From the NCBI RefSeq assembly GCF_009914755.1, contig NC_060944.1: a stretch of 64,000 nt of DNA; one strand, written 5' to 3'. A model generated the notes under the pieces. That model was given only the letters and a program-made list of their open reading frames with translations. It was not told the DNA's origin and did no database searches. This DNA is from the human T2T-CHM13v2.0 reference genome, Homo sapiens. Shown piece by piece: positions 27,386-40,559 of the stretch; positions within the stretch are counted from its first letter, which is position 1, and every line of letters starts with the position of its first letter. Made by a program: the position numbers and the translations under genes.

Positions 27386-29527
27386 ACCATTGTGGCAGTA
27401 TTTAAAATAAGAAACCCTGTGCCAGTACACAGGGAAAAAAGAAAAAAATTACATTTCTAGTACATGAATGAAGTTTAGAAGTGGGTATTAAAAGGAAAGC
27501 ATAGAAACACTGTCTGGGTGGTGAGAGGCTCAGATTTGTCTCATGCATTTGGCTGAACCAGTCTAGACGAGGCTGAGTCAATAGGGTTACCCGTCTCCAA
27601 GACTGATGTTTGAAAGATAAACAAAAAGTCAAATAATCCTAACACCTATCACTGCCTTGTTTCAGCCTGTATGTCCCACTCAATGTGTTTAGCTTCCATT
27701 TGACTAGTTAACCTGCTCAGAGTGGAAAACTGAATTGGATCATTCAGCCCTTGCTATTTTTATGTTTGGATCAATTCAATTTGGCAGGAGACACCAAGGA
27801 AAGTAAGCAAATGACTGCCAAATTTCCACTTATCTTGGTGGAAATATATATACAAATCTTAGCTCTGAATAAAGGTATATCTGTGAGGGGGGGTATTGCT
27901 AAAGGGTGAAGAAGTTTCTAGAAAAAGAGGCAAGAGTTCTCTCAGGTTATCTTATTCTTGGAGAATTTTCACCATGCACAATGCATCCATCTATTTAAGT
28001 TATTTATGCTATAACCAGCAGCCTCCCTGGATTTCATTCCACTTCTGCCTCCTAAATGACTTCCGAACCTGGCTCACACTTTTCTTTACCATCTAATAAT
28101 AATGATAACGACATCTACCAAACAAGGCATTTTGTTTTACATTTTACAAAAGCATTTTCACGTAATTATTCATTTAAGTCCCCTAAAAACAATGAAAGGT
28201 TGACATTGTTATTTTCACTTTAAGGACAAATGGGAGAATAAATTTAGAAAATAGAAAAAGGGAAAAATACAAAGTCAAGGGTGGAAAGAGGAGGGCAGCC
28301 TCCTAGAATTAAAAACACCATAGGAAGTAACACTGTCCAATGGATGTTATACCCCAGTGGCCACCAATTTTTGATAGTTTGTGAGGTTGAAGTTTGCACC
28401 TTCTTTTGAGAGCCTACAACCAAATGTTCCAAGTCTTCATACTAGCTCAGATTGGCTAATAAGGACCCAAGTCTCAAATCCTACATCATACTATCTCCTT
28501 GTGCCCCCATGCTTGAGATCTCAACCCTCTTATCTAATAACAAGACCCATTTTTGCCAAAACATGCCATTGAGTGCAGGAGGGGCAATGGTATATGGTGG
28601 TGCATGACAGAAAATCCTGATTGTAGAGCAAAACTATACAAGGAAGAAAAACAAGGGCACGAAGTTGTGTTGGGGGAAAAAAACGTCAGGATGTCAGGCA
28701 CTGATTAGATCACAATGTATTTCTGCCTAAATGCATATCCCATTACCAAATATTTTGTGATGCATACAAGGTTCTTAATAACACTATGTCCATCCACAAG
28801 GACTTGTTTCTTGAGTTCTTTTCTTCTGATATCTAAGAAACTAATTATCCTTTGATACACACTAAGGACAGATGGGTTCAGGAAAATGATAAACGAGTAA
28901 GAGAGAAAGCCTATAAACAATAATTTGACACTGCCTCTATTTCATTTGCTTTGTATTAGCATCCATGGCATATATTTTTCTTTAAACCAATGTTTCTTAC
29001 TCAGGATATTTAATTCAGATGAGTTTCTTGTCCCTCTGAATTCTTACTTCATCTTTGCCCTTTTCTGCCCTTTACTTACAGGATAAAACTTCCCACAGAT
29101 AGGGGAATCTATCCTGTAGATCTTTAGAGCAGAGTTGGTTCATGCCTTCACATGCAAAGACAAAAACATAACCCACAGAAACCTTTCTAAATACTCTATC
29201 TCAAAGTACCCTAACACAAGTAGCTGATTGCCTTCCCCACTTCTCACCATCCTTCCCTTTCCACCCACAGCTTCTCACTGAACTTTATTTCCTCTTCCGA
29301 GGTCTTTGCCCACCTTTTTAATGGCAGAGGTCTAGAGGTGATTGTTAACTTGTACAACCTAAGAAACAATCCGAGAGTGAAGGTAGGAAGGCTTGACCAC
29401 CAAAGGAGAAAACACAAGAGCCTGGAAGCTCTCCGGGTTTAGGGGATTGGAGATTCATCTTCCTCTTTGTGCAATGGGAAAAAAGACAGAGAGAGAGAGT
29501 TGAAAGCTAGATGGGGTTATTGGGTAT

Positions 29528-29979
29528 TGTGATGGTTAATATTGAGTGTCAACTTGATTGGATTGAGGGATGCAAAGTATTGTTCCTGGGTGTGACTCTG
29601 TGGGTGTTGCCAAAGAAAATTAACATTTGAGTCAGTGGACTGGGAAAGGCAGACCCACCCTCAATCTGGGTGGACACAATCTAATCAGCTGCCAGTGTGG
29701 CCAGAATAAAAGCAGGCAAAAGAATGTGAAAAGATTAGACTGGTTTAGTTTTTTGGCCTATATCTTTCTCCCATGCTGGATGCCTCCTGCCCTCAAACAT
29801 CGGACTCCAAGTTCTTCAGCTTTGGGGCTCAGACTGGCTTCCTTGCTCCTCAGCTTGCAGACAGCCTATTGTGGGACCTCACCCTGTGATCGTGTGAGGC
29901 AATACTCCTTAATAAACTCCCGTTTATATATACAGCTATTCTATTAGTTGTGTCCCTCTAGAGAACTCTGACTAATACA
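29528..29979 (+). mobile_element. MLT2A1/A2 (HERV-L) solo LTR
   Basis: TGTGATGGTTAATATTGAGTGTCAACTTGATTGGATTG...CTGACTAATACA; perfect 5-bp TSD GGTAT at 29523-29527 and 29980-29984. Confidence 0.95.
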
Positions 29980-31034
29980 GGTATACAGTGGGACTTGGTG
30001 GAAAATGGATCCAGACACTATGGGGAGGAAGTGGGTGCAAGGAGCTAGATGAAAATAAGGATACGTGAGGATGTGAGGGGGCTTCTTCTTAGACCCTGGT
30101 CTGGAAGCTAGAATCAAGCTGGGCATTGAATTGGACAACACAACTCCCCCAAATAATAGGTAGGGAAGTCAGATGAGTGAAAGCATTTTCTCCAGGGGAG
30201 AAAAGAGGAAATGCAGAGCGTAAGTGCAGGCATGGGCTTAATCAAGAGCAGCACTGCCCCAGTAAATAACCACAAATATTGGCTGCAGCTGTGGTTTACT
30301 TTTATTAACCCTTATGTTATTCCAAGTCCAGAAAATATCTTCACAGACACAGTTTCTGATGTGTGGTTCTCTGGTTTCTAGTTCATACTATAATTACACA
30401 AAGAAAGTAGAAAAATTACATGATAAATTTTTTTTTGTCTCTCTGTGGCAATATGAATTATTCACCTTAAAATTTTTCTTTCTTCACTTAACTTTGGAAT
30501 GATAGAAAAATGTTGACTTTAAAAATAAATGGAGAGAATTGAGAGACAAGAACTCCAGAAGCACCTAGTCTTTATTCACTGATGTGTTCTTGTCCCAATT
30601 CTACCACATTACAGTAAATGGATGCCTTGGAACCCTTCTTAAAATATCAACATTTATTATTTAACATCTTTTCTAAAATGCATGACTCTACTTTGGGCAA
30701 ATAATTAAATCTTTGATCATTTATGTACTCATGGAGGCCCAGAGGCAATCCTTCTAAATGCCAGTTTGTGCATAATACTGTGACAATAAATAAAAGAAAT
30801 GTAGGATTTCAGCTGCAAATGCATGCCTGGTCAGGCATAGAGCTTCGCTTTGTTTTGTTTTTGTAAAAAATCTTTTGTATATCTTTATTCTCATATTGAT
30901 TAATTTTTAGGATTCATTTTCCTAAAGCAGAGAAAAATAAATATTGGGCGAGAACTCTACATTGCAGATTTTTAGCCAAGGAAGTTTCAATTACGTCATG
31001 CCACTCTGCCATGTGTTTTCCACCAAGGCCTCCT

Positions 31035-32620
31035 CATTACTTCTCTTCACTCAGGGACACCACTCCTGTTTAGGTCTCATTCTACCTCTCGGGCAATTCC
31101 TGCCCAGTCTCCTTGTCTCTACTGCCTCATCTCACCAACCTCTAATGCAGTCTTCCAGGGCTCATTCCAAGGACAGTTTTGCTGCTCATACTCACTCCTT
31201 ATTTGATCTCATCCAGTCCCTTTGCATTTTGATGGTTCCCAAAATTACATCCCCAGTCCCAACTTCCTGCTAGGCTCATTATTCCAACCACCTGTTAAGT
31301 GCATCCATTTTGAGAGCTAAAAAGACATCTTAAAGCAAACATAGCAAAAATTAAACCGTGGATGTTTCTTCCAAATCTGTATCTCCTATAGTCTTTTCAG
31401 TAAATGGCAAGTCCATTTTTTCAGGTGCTTATATCCAGATCCTGGAGTTATCCTTGACTTTCACTCTGCACATTCAATCCATTAGAAAAACCTGCTGCCT
31501 CAGCTGTAGGATTTATCTAGACTCTCACCACTTCTGCCTTTCACTGCTAGGAGCCGAGTTTGCATCAACATCAACAGCAATAGATGTGTAACTCTCTTTC
31601 CTTTCTCCCTTATGCTGTGTACACAAAAGCCAGAGCAATTTTTTGAAAATGAAAGTCACATCATGTCCTGCTCTGTCTTAAACCCTCTACTAACTCCTCA
31701 ACTCACTTGAACTAAAATTTTATGGTCCTGTGAATCTAGTCATCTGCCACCTGGGTTCAACACTTTCCCATCATTTACTTCAGTCCTGCCTGGTTGATCT
31801 CCCTGCTGTTTCTTTGCTCTGCTTCTTCCTTGGGGTCTTTGCACAGACTGTTTGTGCTCTTTGAAATGTCTTCCCCCAGGAATATAGTTTATTCCTACAG
31901 GTCCCGTAAGCCTTTGTTCAAATGTCACCTCATCAGAGACTCCTTATTTAACCAAACTATTTAAAGCAGCACCCCTCTGTCCTAGCCTGTTTTGCATTGC
32001 TATAAAGGAATACCTGAGGATGGGTAATTTATAAAGACAAGAACTTTATTTGGCTCACAGTTCTGTGGGCTGTACAAGAAGCATGACACCAGCCTCTGTT
32101 TCTAGTGAAGACCTAAGGAATCTTCCAATTATGGCAGAAAGAAAAGAGGAAAGGGAGCCTCACATGGTGAGAGGAAGGAAGGAAGAGTGGAGGAGATGCC
32201 AAGGTCTTTTTAACAACTGGATCTGGGAACTAATTGTAAGAATGCACTCATTATGCAGGAATGGCACCAAGCTATTCATGAGGGATCCACCCTAAGACCC
32301 AAACATAGGTCATATGGCAGTTGCACCAGGCTCCACCTCAAACATTGGGATCTCATTTCAACATGAGACTTGGAAGGGAAAATTATCTGAACCATATCAC
32401 CCTTCCTGCCCACTCACTCTCCATTCTTTCCCTGCCTTATTTTATCACATAGCCCTTATTTCTATCCCCAGGTATATACTTCCTATTTTCCTGTGTATTG
32501 GCTACCTCCTCAGTATGATGTCAAATCCCTGTGAATAGGCACTGCTAGTGTTTTATTCACTGATAGCTCCCCAGTGCCTAGAGCAGTGCATGATTCATAA
32601 TAACGAATCAATACATGAAT
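31035..32620 (+). mobile_element. L2 (L2a-like), ~1.1 kb, interrupted by an MST LTR
   Basis: CTCACTCCTT..GATCTCATCCAGTCCC..CAGCCAGAGCAA-like and TCAAATGTCACCTCATCAGAGA motifs; 3' tail TTCACTGATAGCTCCCCAGTGCCTAGAGCAGTGC. Confidence 0.8.
31978..32399 (-). mobile_element. MSTB-like MaLR solo LTR
   Basis: TGTCCTAGCCTGTTTTGCATTGCTATAAAGGAATACCTGAG...AACCATATCA; TSD CCCTC/CCCTT. Confidence 0.9.
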
Positions 32621-32628
32621 AAATTGGC

Positions 32629-32901
32629 TTTTTTTTTTTTTGAGAGGGAATTTTGCTTTTGTTGCCCAGGCTGGCTCACTGCAACCTCTGTCTTCCAGTT
32701 TCAAGTGACTCTCCTGTCTCAGCCTCCTGAGTAGCTGGGATTACAGGCTCCCACCACCACACCTGGCTAATTTTTGTATTTTTAGTAGAGACAGTGTTTC
32801 ACCATGTTGGCTAGGCTGGTCTCTAATTTCTGACCTCATGATCTGTCCGCCTCAGCCTCCCAAAGTGCTGAGATTACAGGCGTGAGCCACTGTGTCCTGC
32901 C
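32629..32901 (-). mobile_element. AluS (Sq/Sg-like) with a ~21-bp deletion in the right arm
   Basis: Poly(T), CCCAGGCTGG^CTCACTGCAACC junction; TSD AAATTGGC at 32621-32628 and 32902-32909. Confidence 0.92.
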
Positions 32902-32991
32902 AAATTGGCCTATTCTTATTTAAAAATGTCCATGGGTAGGAGATCCAGAGGGAAATTAGAAACCCAGGATTGGAAAAAGATTGTTTTTGAG

Positions 32992-33311
32992 CCTTGCTCT
33001 TCAAACTGTGGCATCACCTGGGTGCTCAGTTCATTCAAAATGCAGTTTCAGGCCCCCAACCCAAACCTATTGGAATAGATTCTTCAGTTAAATCAGTCAG
33101 TTAAAATCTAAAGTTGATTTTAATTGTTCCAGGCCACATTGGTGTTATTTCATCCATTTTGGTGGGCATTGAGATGACATGGCTGTAGCTGTATGGGCCT
33201 CCTCTGTACCCTGGAGCAGGTATGGACTTCAACATTGAAATTGGTAGAGCTCACAAATACACACTTTAACAAGAGGTTCTCTAGTCACACACACTGGAGT
33301 AAGAAGCACTG
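32992..33311. mobile_element. MER5A-like MITE split by a ~150-bp foreign insert
   Basis: Left part GCATCACCTGGG..AAAATGCAG..CAGGCCCC..CCAAACCTA; right part CTTTAACAAG..GAAGCACTG. Confidence 0.65.
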
Positions 33312-33931
33312 TACTAGAATCCCCAGGTGGGTCTCTATCTTTCCTCGATGAAACACCTGATCCTGTTTGAACAAGGTTGCTGATTGTCTAGTATCTCACA
33401 TTGGGTGATCTTTCAGTGTTTTCTGCCTTCCAGAACTTGTGACCTATAAATGGTTGATAAATGAGTAAAATGACTTGAATCAGGGAAACTAATAAGACCA
33501 GGTATCCTGCTGTCATTCAATCTCCGACATAGGAAAGACCTATCCAGAAGACTCCGCAGGGTCTTGAGAGTGATGATATTGCACTCTCAAGATCACTGTG
33601 CCCTATCAAGAAGTGAGTTGCCAGTTTAAGCCAAACAAGTGTCCATTGAGAATCACCACAGGCTCAGCCTTCCCACTGTCGTGATCTGAGAAGACAGGTA
33701 CTGTGTGTAACAGAACTTAACGTTCAGAGGGACAGAAGGGAGACAAAGCAGCCGCATGTGCATTGCACTTTATTCTTCTCTCTGGTGGTCTTGCAAAGAG
33801 CATCTCGTCTCCCGGTAGCTGCTATAATTAGTATCTTATTATCTTGTCACTGTTGAAATTTGATTTGCTAAATCATTCTGAACTTCCCTGACAGGCTGCT
33901 GATGCAAGGTCAGAAAATAACATTTCATACT

Positions 33932-34369
33932 TATTTTAGGCCAGCTTCCCTAGAAGCAGGGTCTGAGATGGGGATTTAAATGCATATGATTAGTTGGGAG
34001 AGTGCTCTTAGGAGAAAGGCGGAAAGTAGGATAGGACAGGAGAAGAAACTCAGCCAAGATGTGGTTCAGCTGAGGTTTCATCTCAGCCTGATCCTACAGG
34101 AAGCTATAGAGAATGAAGGGCACCGGAGACCAAGTCGTACGTTGAGGCAAAGAGGCTGGTCCTTTGAACCCTCTTGCCAATCAGCTACAGATTGCCCCCA
34201 GAAATTTAGTGTAACCCCATAACCTCCCAGATATTTCTCAGTGAGACAACTCCTCTAGACCAAGGTCTCAGTATAAGGAGGAAAGCAGTTATCTGGAAGC
34301 AAACAATAATCACAGCAACAGGGGATGGGGCTCCTCAGGTGAAGTGTATCTTGACAATACTTACTAGCA
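33932..34369 (-). mobile_element. LTR16-family ERVL solo LTR
   Basis: TTCCCTAGAAGCAGGGTCTGAGATGGGGATT..GAGTGCTCTTAGGAGAAA..CAGCCTGATCC..TTGAGGCAAAGAGG; antisense homolog of the LTR at 17310. Confidence 0.8.
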
Positions 34370-34467
34370 ATTGTTTAGTTATTTTAGGCAAAAAAGGAAA
34401 CTCTTCCAATTTTAGATATTAATTTTTTTAAATTTCATTACCCTTCACTGCTTCAAGTTCAATATAA

Positions 34468-34960
<493 letters not shown>

Positions 34961-35126
34961 GGTATCAACCGAATGACTGCCATTCTGAGAGAAGGCATGG
35001 CATCATATAACCTCACTCAATGTTTGACACATTGTAGGTGCCCATTTTATGTTGCATAGATGAAACCAAATGAAACAAATGGACAAAGAGAAACAATCTT
35101 GGATGAAATATGGATCTCTTAGATCT

Positions 35127-35655
35127 TGTATAGGTTAGCTTTTGTTGCACATTAATGTATCTTAAAACTTAGTAACTTAAAACAACAAATATTAATTAAC
35201 TTTCAGTTCTGTGGATTAGCAATTTGGGCTAGAAACATCTGGGTGTTTCTCTTGTTCTTTATGGGCTCATTCCTGCATTTCGTGGGTCAGCTGCCAGTTC
35301 TTTCTAGGCAGCTCTACCTCTTTGATTGGTTGTCTAAAAGCTGGAGTATCGGGAGCAAGTGGGCCATGTGACTATGATTATCTGACCAGTTGTCTTGGGC
35401 TTGTCTATCTGGCATCATGGCAAGATTCCAATAAGGAGAATTCAAGCATGCAAGAGGGCTTGAAGCCTACAATAAGTATTATCATACCATCACTTCTGTT
35501 TCATTCAACTGGCCAAAGTCAATCATATGACTACCTCAGATTCAAAGAATGAAATAGACTTCATATTTTGGTGGGAAGAGTTGCTGAATCATATTGCAAA
35601 AAGATAAGGGAACTGGGAGGGGAATAATTTGTAACCATTTTTTGCTTTTACCACA
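35127..35655 (-). mobile_element. MLT1G/H-like MaLR LTR
   Basis: TGTATAGGTTAGC..AAAACTTAGTAACTTAAAACAAC..GCAATTTGGGCT..GGCCAAAG..CAGATTCAA..GAAATAGACT..TACCACA. Confidence 0.8.
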
Positions 35656-35939
35656 GAATCTTTCTGCATCTGTTAGTTATATATAAAAATGCCATATAAA
35701 CCCTTCCTTCATATTTAGTGCTTTCTTTTACATATAAAATGTGGATAATATTAGATTGGAAAACTTAGAAACCAAATTACTACTGTTAATTGGTTTTAAA
35801 ATATCAGAGTACCTTCTGAAACAACAAGCTTGCCTCTTGATGCTTATCTTTTTTGCCTCGGAAAATATTGTACAAATATCTCATTAGCAGCTCTAGAGCC
35901 CTATTTGTATATCTCTATTTTAAACAAAGTTAAAATAGA

Positions 35940-38745
35940 ATAAAATGTTGGAGCTCCCACCTGCCCAATCTGGTACCCAGTTTTACTCTCCAGAGTGACC
36001 AACCACAGGAGTCATCTGCATGTATTTCCTAACGTGATCTCCCTGGATGGGTGCATATTATTATACTGTCCTCTTTCTCACTTAGCACTCTGTCTTGGAG
36101 AGATTTTCATATTAGCAAAAACAGTTTTACTTCATTTTAAGAAACCGTATAGTAGTCCCTCCAAAGTCTAGAAATATACCATAATTTACTTACTTCTTTG
36201 TAGATGATTATTTTTATTGCTCCCAGATTTTTGTTCCTACAGCGAGTGATGGGGAGTGAATTTTTTTCATATTTCATTGGATTCATTTATGAGAGAACAT
36301 CTAGGAGAATTCTAGAAGTGAAATTTATGTTTTAAACATGACTTTTAAAAAATCTGAAAGATATTGCTAAATGAACTGCAGTGAGGGTGTGCCAAGCCTA
36401 CCAATTTTAAATTCCCGTAAACAATGCATGACAGTAGGATTTCTCCACATGCTCATAGATAGTATATATTGGCAAATATCTACATTTTATCACTGTTCAA
36501 CTCTTGCCATTTTGAGAGGTGAGTATGGTTACATGGTTAATTTGCATGTTTTTAAAATAAATGAGGTTATATGCAATTCCATAAATTTATAGACCATTTA
36601 TATTTAATTTTGTTAAATGCCTGTTCATATTTTTCATTTATTTTAATATTGTGTTATTGATATTGCAAGGAAAAACCTTATATACATGTTTTATATAATA
36701 AAAAATTAACTTTTGTGTATGGCAAATATGGTTCTGGTTTTTCATACTTTATTGACAGATACAATACTCACACAGGAAAATGCACTCATCTAAAGTACAA
36801 AGTTCAACCAATTTTGACAAATATGTGCAGCAATGTAATCATAACCCAAATAAAGATATTCTTTGCTTGTTTTTTTGTCTACAATCCACTTCAAGTTAAT
36901 ATTTGGTATGATGATAGTCAAGTATTTTTTTCTAGGTAAATATGCAATTGTTTCAATATCATCAGTTTAAAAGTCTTTTTTCCCATTAAGTTGTCCAGAA
37001 TATTTCTAGTATTCCGGAAATTTCCTCCTGTCTTTTCTAGTCAATCACTTCACACTTCTACAGAAGCAGCCACTATTCTGACATCTAAGTATATATACTC
37101 TTTTGCATGTGGCTTCTAATATATATGTAACATTTTCAACTGCAGCATTTTTCATCAGTAGCTTGTTGCTTCTTGTTTTGAAGTTGCTTTAGTATACTTT
37201 TTACAGTTTGTCTATTCACCTGTTGATGGACATATGAAACATTCTGTATTTTGTACTATTATGAATTAAGTTGCTATGAACATTCTTATGCATACATTTA
37301 TTTCTCCTGAATATGTACCTAAAAGTGGAATAACTAAGAAGTGGAGTAGATGTATTTTTAACTTCATTTGGATTGTCAAACTAATTCTCAAAGTGATTAT
37401 ACCACTTTATACTTTCACTAGCAATGCATGGGTATTTCCAGGTTCTCTACATGTCAACACTGATGAATTTCAGTCTTTATATTATTTCGCCATGTGTATA
37501 TAGTATATCTCCTTGTGATACTATTTTGCATTTCTTTGATAATTAATGATGTTGATCATTTTCTCATGCGGTTGGTGGCCTTTTATCCATCTTTTGTGGA
37601 GTATCTGTCCAAATGTTTTGCCTCTTTTGGTTGGGTTCACTTTATGTTAGCATTGATTTGTAGAAATTCTTTGTTCAGGATGTGAGTTATTTGTTATATA
37701 TATTGCACATATTTCCAAAGTCTATGATTTGCCTTTCCATTTTTATAATGGTGTGGTTTTTGATTAGCATATGATTTTAATTTTGATAAATCTTATTTGT
37801 GAATTTGCTTTTTTTAGGTTAGTGCTTTTTTATAACTTTATAATAAATCTTTGCTTATTTTTGTCTATGAGCTATTTCAAATTAATATTTGTGTATGATA
37901 ATGGTCAAGTTTTTTTCTATGTAAATATGCAATTGTTCCAACATCATCTATTTTTTTCCCACTAAGCTGCTAGATATCTGAGCTCTCTATTTTATTCCAT
38001 GTTATACTTGTCTATCTTTACACCACAATCACACTGTATAAATTACTGTCAATCTTTAGGAAATCTTAAAATCATGTAGTCTAATTCTTGATTTTATTCT
38101 TCACAATTATTTTAGTATTCTAGATCTTTTACATTTCCATATTGATTTAAAATCAGGTTATCGTTTCCGTAAGAAAGATTCCTGCGATTTTATTTGGGAT
38201 TGTGTTGAACCTATAGATTAATATAGGGAGATTTGATATCTACAAATTTCGAGTCATTCAGTCCGCTAACATAGTATATTTCTCATTTTACTTAGGACTT
38301 CTTTAATTTTTCACAGCAATGTTTTAACTGTTTTCAGAATGGAGATATTACATGTAATTCATTAATTAGATTTCTAGAATTTAATTTTTGAAATTATGAA
38401 AATGTCATTGTTTTAAATTGTAAGTGGAAGAAATTCTATTCCTAACTTGCTAAGGGATTTACTTATTAAGCATTGGTGTAAAATTTCATGAAATGATTTT
38501 CAGTATCTATTGAGGTGATCATATTTTTCCTTTATGATATTAATTTAGCACATTATATTGATTGCTGATGCCAAATCAGCTTCAATAATTCTGACTTGGT
38601 TATGGTTTACATATTGCTGAATTCAATTTGCTAAATCTTTCTAAAGAATATTTATGTCTTGGTTAATGAAGTATATTAGTATTTAATTTAATTTAATTTT
38701 TTTCTCATGCTTTGATATCACGGTTTTTCTGGTCTCATATAACTA
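35940..38745 (-). mobile_element. Ancient L1M (L1ME/MD-type) fragments, at least two elements
   Basis: Degenerate antisense 3'UTR and ORF2 motifs (CTGTTGATGGACAT, GCTATGAACATTCTT, TTTGCATTTC..ATTAATGATGTTGA, GGGATTGTGTTGAA). Confidence 0.75.
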
Positions 38746-39181
38746 CAACAGCTATGTGTATGAAACTTGAAAAGCCAAACTGAAGAAAAAATATCCAATC
38801 TTGTAAGTTACTATATAAAATAATATTTATGATTAATTTGAACAATTTATGTTTAACTACTTATCCAGCCTTTGTCTACTAATTTTTAATGTTTCTGTTT
38901 AAAGACATCATATGTTGATGTGTAAAGCATAAAGTTTTATATGATACAGTATTTAATTTTTGAATTTTGACTTCTCACACAAGAAAAATATAAATGAGAA
39001 ATGGTAGAACAAACTTATTCTTACCTCTTAACATTTTTATGAACTAATGCCTATTCCCTAACTTTTGTTCCTTGACCCCAATTAGAAAAAGAAAAAATAT
39101 CACAGAAAAATAGAGAAAACTGTTTCTTCAAAGAAACCATGAATAATATTATAAAGCAACCTTCTTTAAGACTGCAAAATC

Positions 39182-39701
<520 letters not shown>

Positions 39702-40559
39702 AATATTCTGTATTCTAAATACTGTTTTTCTGAAAGGCTCGTCCAAGTGTCCATTTGTTATGGTGATGTGATTCCAGACCACAGGTGACAACAAATTTTC
39801 TTTGGAGTTCAAATTCAACCATAGATTTCAGGGATAGATTAAGAAACAAAACCAAAAAAAACAACAGAAGAGTATTCACAATATGAGAAACCACAACACA
39901 AACCGAAATGAGCATCAAAAGGAAATTGCAGACTAGCCTAATGGCAGTATTCGATATTGGATACAATGGGACAAAATTCTAAGAGATAGGAGATACAGCT
40001 TGAAATATTTGTACCCCATTATATTTTTATTCGTATATAATAGCTACATGTTCAAGCATGCAATATTGGAGATCACAGCAATCATAAACCCTGCTTATGA
40101 AAAAAATATCAAGCCAATCTAGAAATAAATCCAAGTTTAAAATTCAAGAATGGGGGAAAAATTCAACATAAAAGTAAAGGTAATGGTCATTGAATCCTCT
40201 AAACTTTAAAATCAAGATCAAACAATAAGCAGTATATTGATTATAAAATTTTTGGCAATGTAAACATAATAAACATCAAATATGCATTTATAATACATAA
40301 ACACCAGATATCAGAGAGGAGTTTGGAGAGAATATTCTAGTTCCCTTATCATTCAGAGAAGGGGATCAATACAGCCCGTCTAAATTTGAAACATAAAGTT
40401 AAAAAAAAATTACTCTAACATCTTAAAGTGCCTCTAATTTAATTTGTTCATTTCATATTACTTTTTTGGTAATTAATGTCAGGTGGTGAAGAAACATTTA
40501 TCTGAGGTTCAATATTCCTTAATTTCAATGCAATTTCCCCCCCCATTAGATGTAATTAA

